Shown piece after piece: positions 25,005-32,000 of a DNA stretch of 32,000 bases (position 1 is the first letter of the stretch; every line of letters starts with the position of its first letter). The stretch comes from Delftia acidovorans NBRC 14950 (GTDB lineage Bacteria; Pseudomonadota; Gammaproteobacteria; Burkholderiales; Burkholderiaceae_C): the NCBI RefSeq assembly GCF_001598795.1, contig NZ_BCZP01000005.1, positions 150,001 through 182,000 on the forward strand, given 5' to 3'. The notes under the pieces are model-generated. The model was not told where the DNA came from, searched no databases, and worked only from the letters and a program-made list of their open reading frames with translations. A program made the position numbers and the translations under genes.

Positions 25005-28000
25005 ATGTCTTCTCGTTCCACCGCTATCCATCGTCCCGCCCTTTCCTCGCGCTCGCACGCAAGAACATCGTTGGCCGTCATTGCAGGCGTCTGCTTGATG
25101 GTGCTCGCAGCGGGGCTGTACTGGGCCGCGTTGCTGGCCAGCCACCAGTACATGCAGCGCTACACACGGGATCAGGCATGGCTGCGCGTCTCGCAGATGT
25201 CCCAGGCGGTTTCCGCGCAGGCCGGGACCATGCTGTCGGGCCTGAACTATTCCCTGCGGGACCTGGCGCAGGACTACGAGTCGGGTGACTCCGAGGCGTT
25301 CGGGCGGGCCGTCGCCAGCGTCCAGGAGGCCTATCCGCCCGGCACCATCGTCCAGGTGGCCGTGGCCGATGCGAACGGCCAGGTGGTGTATTCGAGCCTG
25401 GCAGCCTCGGAGCCGCCTGCGCAGGGCGTGTCCATTTTCGACCGCGAACATTTCCAGGCGCATCTGAAGGGCCTGACGCAGGGAACCTTCATCGGCCGTC
25501 CGGTGCAGGGACGGGTTTCCGGCCAATGGGGTATCCAGCTGAGCCGCGCCCTGCACCACCGAGGCGCGTTTGCTGGCGTGCTGGTGGTGTCGCTGTCGCC
25601 GCAGTACCTGTCGCGGCAGCTGCAGGCCATCTTCGACAGCCCGCGCGACGTGATCTTGCTGCTGCGCGAGGACGGCACCTATCTTGCACGCTCGCAGAAC
25701 CAGGATCGGGTACTCGGGCGCCAGCTGCCCGCGAAGCGGGTGGCGCTGTTTGCCCCCGACGTCACGCATGGCACCTACGAGGCGCTGGCGAGCACCGACG
25801 GCATACAGCGCATGTATGCCTGGAGCCGCGTGAGCGGCTTTCCGATCCTGGTGAGCACGGGGCTGGACCGAGAGGCCGTATTCGGCCCGCTCAACGAGAC
25901 CATACGGCAGAGCCTGTGGCGCAACGGGATAGGCACGCTGCTGATTTTTCTGGGCGGGATGCTGACGGCCTGGCTGGCGTTCCAGCGCTGGCGGGAGGAG
26001 GACCAGCGGGTCCAGTCCGAAGAGCGCTTTCATCTCCTGTCCGAGGAAGTCCCGGGCGGCCTGTTCCAGTACAGCTGGGACCCTGCCGGCCACTACGCCC
26101 TGTCGTTTGCCAACCCCGGCTTTTATGCAATGCACTGCATCGATGCGGATACGGCAGGCACTGCCTTGCAGGACCTGGCACAGCGGGTTCATCCGGAAGA
26201 TATCTCGGCGCTCAGGCAGTCCATCGACGAAGCGATGCGCAGCCAGGGGGACTGGGCCTGCAAGTACCGCGTGCAGTCCGCCGATGGCTCCGTGCGCTGG
26301 CTGCAGGGCCATGCACGCCCGCAACGCACTGAAGACGCAACCGTGCTCTGGCATGGCTACATCCTCGATGTCACCCAGGACGAAGGCCTGCGCAAGGCGC
26401 TTCACGAGAGCGAGGAGCGTCTGCGGCTGACCATAGGCGCCGTGCGTGACGGACTTTGGCAGTGGGACCGCGAACAGGACCAGGTGCTGTGGGATGCCCG
26501 CTGCTACCAGATGCTGGGCATGCCGGATCAGGCACTCGGTTCGTTCACCGTGGCCGGCTTCATGCATCTGCTGCACCCACTGGACCAGCCTCGCGTCCAG
26601 GAACGGCTCAGGCGCCACCTCGAACACGGCGACCCATTCCGTGTCGAGATGCGCATAAGGCAGGCCGATGGCTCCTGGCGATGGATCGAATCGCGCGGGG
26701 AAGTCACCCTGCGCGATGCCGACAACAAGGCATTGCGCATGCTGGGAATGCACACCGATATCCAGGAACGGGTGGAGCAGACCCACATGGTGAGCGCCCT
26801 GCTGGAGCGCGGAAGCGCCCTGGTGCTTGTCGCCAGCCATCGCCGCAGCATCGTCTACGCCAATGCCCGGGCAGCCGAGTGCTTTGGCCTTGCGGCGGGC
26901 GCACTGGAGCCGCAGTGTTCATTCCAACAGCTGCATCCGTCCAGCGACAGTTTCGACAGCTTCGCATCGCTGTATGAGCGCCTGAGCCTGAAGGGCACGG
27001 TGCGTACCGAGTGGGCACTGAAGGTCAAGGGCGGCCACATGCGCTGGTTCGACATGCAGGGCGCACTGCTGGACCCCGAAGATCCCCAAGGCAATGTGAT
27101 CTGGACCCTGTTCGACGTAGATGCCCGCCATCAGGCGGAGAGTGCATTGCACGAGGTCCAGCAGCGGCTGGAGGCCATCATCGAGAAATTTCCGTCGGGC
27201 ATCCTGGTGACCGACGATGCGGGGCAGTGCATCAGGGCAAGCAACGCAATGCTGGTGGACCTGTTCGAGCTGCCGCTGTCCGCCACGGACCTTGTGGGGA
27301 AAAGCCTGCAGACCTTGCTGTCCTATTTGCCCCCGGCCATGGCAACGGCCTTGCAGCCTGCGCCGCAACCGGGGGCAGGTGCCCTGTCGCAACGAACGAT
27401 CTTTGCCCTGTCCAACGGCCGCCATATAGAAACGGAGCTGCTGCCGCTTCGCAGGCAGGAGCGGCTGCTTGGCTACTGCTGGGTATTCCACGACGTGACG
27501 GACTACAAGAGGCGCGAAACGCAGCTCGAAGCCCTGGCATTGACCGATGCGCTCACGGGTGCCAGCAACCGGAGGGCCTTCATCACGCGCATGGAGTCGG
27601 AGCTGGAGCACCTGCGCCTGGGACTGAGCCATCCGTCGGCACTGATCATGCTGGATATCGACCATTTCAAGCGCGTCAACGACAGCTTCGGCCATGGCGT
27701 GGGCGACGAGGTGCTCAGGCATCTGGTGATCGCGGTGTCCAAGGAGCTGCGCCAGGGCGACATGCTGGGCCGCCTGGGCGGCGAGGAATTCGCCGTCTTG
27801 CTGACGGACGTGGACGCCCCGACCGCACTGCGGCGCGCGGAGAACCTGCGTGAGGCCGTGGCGGCGCTGGCCGTGTCCGTACAGGGCCAGGACAGCCCGA
27901 TCCGCTTCACCGTGAGCCTGGGCGTATGCCTCATGGACGAGGGCGAGGCATCGGTCGAGCGCTGCCTGGAGCGGGCCGACGCCGCCATGTATTTCTCCAA

Positions 28001-28067
28001 GCGCAATGGCCGCAATCGCACCACGTGCTGGACGCCCGATACCCCCGTGATTTCGGACGCCAAGTGA
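25005..28067 (+). CDS. membrane sensor diguanylate cyclase: TM / Cache-like periplasmic domain / TM / about four PAS domains / GGDEF
   Basis: I chose ATG 25005; the track uses TTG 24972. Two hydrophobic segments (LAVIAGVCLMVLAAGLYWAALLA and IGTLLIFLGGMLTAWLAF) flank a ~270 aa Cache-like region. PAS-like blocks repeat (e.g. DGSVRWLQGHARP, DGSWRWIESRGEV). The GGDEF domain has an intact GGEEF and an RQGD exactly 5 residues upstream (RxxD I-site). Confidence 0.9.
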   Translation: MSSRSTAIHRPALSSRSHARTSLAVIAGVCLMVLAAGLYWAALLASHQYMQRYTRDQAWLRVSQMSQAVSAQAGTMLSGLNYSLRDLAQDYESGDSEAFGRAVASVQEAYPPGTIVQVAVADANGQVVYSSLAASEPPAQGVSIFDREHFQAHLKGLTQGTFIGRPVQGRVSGQWGIQLSRALHHRGAFAGVLVVSLSPQYLSRQLQAIFDSPRDVILLLREDGTYLARSQNQDRVLGRQLPAKRVALFAPDVTHGTYEALASTDGIQRMYAWSRVSGFPILVSTGLDREAVFGPLNETIRQSLWRNGIGTLLIFLGGMLTAWLAFQRWREEDQRVQSEERFHLLSEEVPGGLFQYSWDPAGHYALSFANPGFYAMHCIDADTAGTALQDLAQRVHPEDISALRQSIDEAMRSQGDWACKYRVQSADGSVRWLQGHARPQRTEDATVLWHGYILDVTQDEGLRKALHESEERLRLTIGAVRDGLWQWDREQDQVLWDARCYQMLGMPDQALGSFTVAGFMHLLHPLDQPRVQERLRRHLEHGDPFRVEMRIRQADGSWRWIESRGEVTLRDADNKALRMLGMHTDIQERVEQTHMVSALLERGSALVLVASHRRSIVYANARAAECFGLAAGALEPQCSFQQLHPSSDSFDSFASLYERLSLKGTVRTEWALKVKGGHMRWFDMQGALLDPEDPQGNVIWTLFDVDARHQAESALHEVQQRLEAIIEKFPSGILVTDDAGQCIRASNAMLVDLFELPLSATDLVGKSLQTLLSYLPPAMATALQPAPQPGAGALSQRTIFALSNGRHIETELLPLRRQERLLGYCWVFHDVTDYKRRETQLEALALTDALTGASNRRAFITRMESELEHLRLGLSHPSALIMLDIDHFKRVNDSFGHGVGDEVLRHLVIAVSKELRQGDMLGRLGGEEFAVLLTDVDAPTALRRAENLREAVAALAVSVQGQDSPIRFTVSLGVCLMDEGEASVERCLERADAAMYFSKRNGRNRTTCWTPDTPVISDAK

Positions 28068-28134
28068 GCGCGATGCCAGTGCCGCGACACGCCCGCACGC
28101 CCGGGCAAGGCGATGTGTCAGCTACCCGGCCGCC

Positions 28135-28812
28135 TCACTCATCGCCGGGCACCCCGTAGCTGGGCGCGGCCGTGGGATCGATGGCGCGCGTCTGGTAGTC
28201 CTGCATCTGCGGCGCGTAGGCGGCCCAGAGGCTTTGCAGCGCGCCGATGGGATCGTGCTCGGACCAGTCCACGCGCAGGTCCGCCATGGGCCAGCTGTGC
28301 TCGCCCGCCACCTTGAGCGCGGCCGAATGCACGGACCCGGCCTCGCCGCCCGCGGCCATGGCGGCCTGCATGGCGGCCAGCAGGCGCTCGGCCAGCGGCA
28401 GCGCCGCGCTGCGCTCGAAGGCCGGCACCATGGCCTCGATGGTGCGTTCGCTGGCCAGCAGGTTGCCCGCCGCCACGCACTGCCGCCCCACGGCGCTGGT
28501 GAAGATGCCCAGCGCCTGGCTGCCGCTGAAGACGCCAGTGCGGCCCTGCGCGTCCACCACGGTGACCTGGCGGTACTGGGGCCAGCTGCCGTCGTCCAGC
28601 GCCTGGCGCAGCGCGGCCTGGGGGTCGGCGCCCTGCTCCAGCAGGTCCAGCACGCGCGGGCCCAGGGCGGGCAGCGTGATGTTCTGCGTGGACACCACGC
28701 CCACGCCCGCGCGCACCCAGGGGCAGCGCGCGCCCACCGCAATGCTGGACGAGCTGATGGCCACGCCCAGCTGCCCGGTGCGCTCGCAGCGCCCCACAAT
28801 CGAAAAAGTCAT
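28135..28812 (-). CDS. DUF1028 family protein (Ntn-hydrolase fold)
   Basis: 225 aa. It begins MTFSIVGRCERTGQLGVAISSSS, the family-typical N-terminal Thr context, and continues with GVVSTQN. Confidence 0.75.
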   Translation of the reverse strand: MTFSIVGRCERTGQLGVAISSSSIAVGARCPWVRAGVGVVSTQNITLPALGPRVLDLLEQGADPQAALRQALDDGSWPQYRQVTVVDAQGRTGVFSGSQALGIFTSAVGRQCVAAGNLLASERTIEAMVPAFERSAALPLAERLLAAMQAAMAAGGEAGSVHSAALKVAGEHSWPMADLRVDWSEHDPIGALQSLWAAYAPQMQDYQTRAIDPTAAPSYGVPGDE

Positions 28813-28865
28813 GGTTTCTTCCTCCTGCCGATGCGGCTGTACCAGGTGATTGCTGTGGTTGACGT

Positions 28866-29300
28866 TCAGGCGCTGGCCGGCGGCTGCCAGTCATCGGGGA
28901 TGACCGCGATCACGTCGATCTCCATCAGCCATTGCGGCTGCCCCAGGGCCGAGATGCACAGCCCCGTGGAGATGGGAAACACGCCCTTGAGCCACTTGCC
29001 CACTTCCCGGTAGACGGGCTCGCGGTAGCGCGGGTCGATGATGTAGGTGGTGGTCTTGACGATGTGCGACAGGTCGCTGCCCGCCTCCTCCAGCAGCTGC
29101 TTGACGTTCTTCATCGCCTGCTCGGCCTGCTTTTGCGGATCGCCCAGGCCGACCAGATTGCCCTCGAAATCGGTGCCGATCTGGCCGCGCACATAGACGG
29201 TGTTGCCAGCGCGCACGGCCTGGCACAGGTCGTTGTCCAGCGACTGGTTGGGATAGGTGTCCTTGGTGTTGAACATGCGGATGCGGGTATGGGTGGGCAT
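28866..29300 (-). CDS. RidA/YjgF family enamine-imine deaminase-like protein
   Basis: 144 aa: NTVYVRGQIGTDFEGNLVG...AEQAMKNVKQLLEEAGSDLSHIVKTTTYI...EIDVIAV fits the RidA/YjgF fold pattern. Confidence 0.8.
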   Translation of the reverse strand: MPTHTRIRMFNTKDTYPNQSLDNDLCQAVRAGNTVYVRGQIGTDFEGNLVGLGDPQKQAEQAMKNVKQLLEEAGSDLSHIVKTTTYIIDPRYREPVYREVGKWLKGVFPISTGLCISALGQPQWLMEIDVIAVIPDDWQPPASA

Positions 29301-29353
29301 GGTCTGGTTCCTGCAGGGGGTGGATGGGAAGGTGTCTCAGAGCGCGCTACCTG

Positions 29354-30628
29354 CTACCTGCTGCGGGCAGCGGCGTCGTAGTCGCTGTAGCGGCGCTGCT
29401 TGGCGATGTGGTCGGCCACGAACTTGGCGTCATGCCACACGCCCCAGATGAAGGACGAGCCACGGCGCGACAGCCAGGGCAGGCCCAGGAAGTAGATGCC
29501 GGGCTCATGGCCCACGCCGCGGTGGTGGCGCGGCTTGCCGCCGGGCTCGAAGCTGTCCACCTGCAGCCAGCTGAAATCCACCCTGTAGCCCGTGGCCCAG
29601 ATGATGGATGTGATGCCTGCGGCAGCCAGGTCGAGTTCGCGCAGCGGATGGGTCATGCACTCCGGATCGGGCAGGCGCCTGCGCGCCTCGGGCTCCTCGG
29701 GCAGGTCCAGGCCGTTGCGGCGGATGTAGTCGTCGGCCGCATCCAGCATGGCCAGGTAGTTGGCGTCGCCGTTGGCGATGTTCTCGGCCAGGTCGTCCCT
29801 GAAGCGCACCCGGCCATCGGCGAAGGACTCGGTCAGCCCCACCAGGGTGATGCCCTGGTGGCCCAGCGCGCGAAAGTCCACGGTGTGGCCGCCGCGCGCG
29901 CCGCTGACGGCAATGGTCACATGCTCGCGGCCGGGCTTGGCAATGGCCGCATCCCATTCGCCCAGCACGCCCAGCCACCAGCAGAAATCACGGCCGCGAT
30001 AGGCGCGCGGCGGCCGGTCATGGGCGCCTACCGAGAGAAACACCTTGCGGCCCGCGCGCTGCAGTTCATCGGCAATCTGCACGCCCGAGGAGCCTGCCCC
30101 CACCACCAGCACGGCGCCTTCGGGCAGCTGCGCGGGGCGGTGGTAGTGCGCGGAATGGATCTGCAGCAGGCGGCCATCGGCGGGCGCAGCCGGCGCTATC
30201 GGCGGGATCACCGGCACCTGGAACGGCCCCGTGGCCGCGATCACGTTGCGGGCCTCGATCACGCCCTCGGACGTTTCCACCGTGAAGCCCGGCCGGCCCT
30301 GGTTGCGCGTGACCCGCCTGACCTCCACGCCGGTGCGCACGGGCGCCTTGATCTGGCGGACATAGTCCTCGAAGTAGTCGGCCACCTCGTCCTTGCCGGG
30401 AAAGCCGTCGCGGTCGCCCTTGAACTGCAGGCCCGGAAAGCGGTCATGCCAGGCCGGCCCGTTGGCCACCAGCGAGTCCCAGCGCCCCGTGCGCCAGGCC
30501 TGGGCGATGCGCTGGCGCTCCAGCACCAGGTGCTCTACGCCGAGCTGGCTCAGGTGTTCGCTGGCCGCGATGCCGGCCTGCCCGGCGCCGACCACGAGCG
30601 TGTTGATGGTTTGGATTTCAGCTGTCAT
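29354..30628 (-). CDS. flavin-containing monooxygenase-like NAD(P)/FAD-dependent oxidoreductase
   Basis: 424 aa with two dinucleotide-binding motifs (VVGAGQAGIA and VVGAGSSGVQIA) and a C-terminal ATGY motif (IIWATGYRVDF), as in class B flavoprotein monooxygenases. Confidence 0.8.
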   Translation of the reverse strand: MTAEIQTINTLVVGAGQAGIAASEHLSQLGVEHLVLERQRIAQAWRTGRWDSLVANGPAWHDRFPGLQFKGDRDGFPGKDEVADYFEDYVRQIKAPVRTGVEVRRVTRNQGRPGFTVETSEGVIEARNVIAATGPFQVPVIPPIAPAAPADGRLLQIHSAHYHRPAQLPEGAVLVVGAGSSGVQIADELQRAGRKVFLSVGAHDRPPRAYRGRDFCWWLGVLGEWDAAIAKPGREHVTIAVSGARGGHTVDFRALGHQGITLVGLTESFADGRVRFRDDLAENIANGDANYLAMLDAADDYIRRNGLDLPEEPEARRRLPDPECMTHPLRELDLAAAGITSIIWATGYRVDFSWLQVDSFEPGGKPRHHRGVGHEPGIYFLGLPWLSRRGSSFIWGVWHDAKFVADHIAKQRRYSDYDAAARSR

Positions 30629-30743
30629 GGTGTGGGTCTCTCAGGAAAAAAAGGCGCAGGCCGTCCCGCATCGGCGCAGTGCCGACTGCCTTGGTGTGGT
30701 CCGCAATAAAAAAGGAAAGAAGGTGAAGGCCGCCCGTGCGGCG

Positions 30744-31442
30744 CTACAGGTACAGGTGCTTCACCACGTCGTTGGCCAGCAGCTCGCTGGCCGTGCCCGA
30801 GGCCACCAGCTGGCCCTTGAGCAGCAGATAGCCGGTGTGGGCGATGGACAGCGCCGCCTCGGCGTTCTGCTCGATGAGCAGCACGGTGATGCCTTGGCTG
30901 TGGATGCGCTGCACCGTCTCGAAGTACTCCTCGATGAGCTTGGGCGACAGCCCCAGCGTGGGCTCGTCCATCACCACCAGGCGCGGCTCGCCCATGAGCA
31001 CGCGGCCCAGCGCCACCATGGCCTGCTCGCCGCCGGACAGGGTTCCGGCCGCCTGCGACAGGCGCTCGCCCACCCGGGGGAACAGGGCCACCACGCGCTC
31101 CAGCGCCTGGGCAAAGCCCTGCTGCGGACGCAGCGCGTCGTGGCCGATCTTCAGGTTTTCCTGCACGGTCAGCTCGGCAAACAGGCGCCGCCCTTCGGGC
31201 ACGAAGCCCACGCCCAGGCCGGCCAGGTCCTCGGTGCGCATGCGCGCCAGCGGCTGGCCCATGACGCGGATGGCGCCGTGGTGCACGGGCAGCAGGCCCG
31301 CAATCGCCTTGAAGGTGGTGGTCTTGCCCGCGCCGTTGGGGCCCAGCAGGCAGACGATGCTGTGCTCGGGCACCTGCAGCGAGACCTGGTTGAGCATGTT
31401 CACCACGCCATAGCGTGTGCTGATGGAGTCCAGTTCAAGCAT
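30744..31442 (-). CDS. livF: branched-chain amino acid (HAAT family) ABC transporter ATP-binding protein, LivF type
   Basis: 232 aa. Walker A GPNGAGKTTT, signature LSGGEQAM and Walker B LVVMDEPTLGLSP. The start overlaps the LivG-type stop by 8 nt. Confidence 0.9.
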   Translation of the reverse strand: MLELDSISTRYGVVNMLNQVSLQVPEHSIVCLLGPNGAGKTTTFKAIAGLLPVHHGAIRVMGQPLARMRTEDLAGLGVGFVPEGRRLFAELTVQENLKIGHDALRPQQGFAQALERVVALFPRVGERLSQAAGTLSGGEQAMVALGRVLMGEPRLVVMDEPTLGLSPKLIEEYFETVQRIHSQGITVLLIEQNAEAALSIAHTGYLLLKGQLVASGTASELLANDVVKHLYL

Positions 31443-32000
31443 GGCTGGCCTTTCTGCCCAGATAGGCTTCCTGCACGCGCGGCAGCCGGCGCACCGCCTC
31501 GAAGCTGTCGTCGCCGATCTTGCGTCCGTAGTCCAGCACCATCACGCGGTGCGGCAAGGTGGCGATGAGCCGCATGTCGTGCTCGATGATGATGAAGCCC
31601 AGCGCCGGATTGCCTTCGCGCAGGCGCTGGATGTCGGCGATCAGCGCATCGGTGTCGCGGTCGTCCATGCCGCTGGAGGGCTCGTCCAGCAGCACGATGC
31701 GGGGCTCGGCGGCCAGGGCGCGCGCAATCTCCAAGCGGCGGCGGTCGGCCTGCGGCAGGCTGCTGGCCAGCACGTTGCGGCGCTGGTGCAGGTCGCTGGA
31801 CACGCTTTGCAGCAGCGCGCAGGCGCGCTCGGCGCAGCGCTTCATCTCGGCGCGCGAGACGGCCGGGCGCAGCAGCGCGGTGAGCACGCCGCAGCGGGTG
31901 CGCGCGTGCATGCCGATGATCACGTTGTCCAGCACGCTCAGCGAGCCGAACAGCCGGCTGGTCTGGAAGGTGCGCGCAATGCCGGCGCCCGCGATGTCGT
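31435..32000 (-). CDS. livG: branched-chain amino acid ABC transporter ATP-binding protein, LivG type; N-terminus lies beyond the right window edge
   Basis: The reading frame is open to position 32000. My translation upstream of the track's start gives ...IARTFQTSRLFGSLSVLDNVIIGMH. Later come RRRLEIARALAAEPRIVLLDEPSSGM and the LivG-type C-terminus VQEAYLG. Confidence 0.85.
   Translation of the reverse strand, partial: DIAGAGIARTFQTSRLFGSLSVLDNVIIGMHARTRCGVLTALLRPAVSRAEMKRCAERACALLQSVSSDLHQRRNVLASSLPQADRRRLEIARALAAEPRIVLLDEPSSGMDDRDTDALIADIQRLREGNPALGFIIIEHDMRLIATLPHRVMVLDYGRKIGDDSFEAVRRLPRVQEAYLGRKASHA

Noticed and set aside
30700-30743. The hairpin GCCGC-ACGG-GCGGC (minus strand, just after the LivF stop) followed by a T-rich run, as a terminator.
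   Set aside because: The stem is only 5 bp and the T-run starts about 15 nt after it, which is not canonical geometry. The T/A-rich tract may instead belong to the promoter/RBS region of the monooxygenase gene.
1-32000. Mobile elements, a prophage, a defence island, tRNA or rRNA genes, or a CRISPR array anywhere in the window.
   Set aside because: - I recognised no transposase, integrase, recombinase, nuclease-helicase defence-type or phage structural protein in any frame.
- No non-coding gap exceeds about 225 bp.
- None of the gaps contains a tRNA T-loop-like GGTTCGA motif.
- Composition is uniform apart from short promoter-sized AT-rich patches.

Overview
This is a very GC-rich window with almost all codon third positions G/C. 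It looks like a Burkholderiales/Comamonadaceae-type chromosome, but that is inference from composition and protein flavour only. It is densely coding, with 27 protein genes that I can support. I recognised no rRNA, tRNA, CRISPR array, transposase, integrase or phage gene. All family calls come from motifs read in the supplied translations or in my own translation; no homology search was run.

Gene order, left to right:
- Edge-truncated ligase-associated DNA-damage-response exonuclease (-), a small DUF2789 protein (+) and a TauD/TfdA dioxygenase (-).
- A four-gene Sia-type partner-switch c-di-GMP module (+): CBS-PP2C phosphatase, SiaB-like kinase, DUF1987/SiaC-like protein and a GGDEF cyclase. 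It is followed directly by a REC-like/DUF3369/degenerate-GGDEF/EAL protein.
- A MocR/GabR-type regulator (-) that diverges from a roughly 12 kb co-directional array (+). The array encodes a C-N hydrolase, an oversized 967 aa Orn/Lys/Arg-type PLP decarboxylase, an ATP-grasp ligase coupled to it by a GTGA overlap, and a C45 Ntn hydrolase. Then comes an 8-copy heptanucleotide tandem repeat, followed by a DctA/GltP-family symporter, an orphan amino-acid binding protein, a GabP-like permease and aspartate ammonia-lyase.
- An MFS transporter and a class-C-type serine hydrolase (-, ATGA overlap) diverging from a LysR regulator (+).
- A Cache/4xPAS/GGDEF sensor cyclase (+).
- A DUF1028 / RidA / flavin monooxygenase / LivF / LivG array (-), truncated at the right edge.

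The best candidates for undescribed biology are the MocR-linked decarboxylase/ATP-grasp/two-amidase operon and the cytoplasmic CBS-input variant of the Sia c-di-GMP switch. The intergenic heptamer repeat is a further curiosity.
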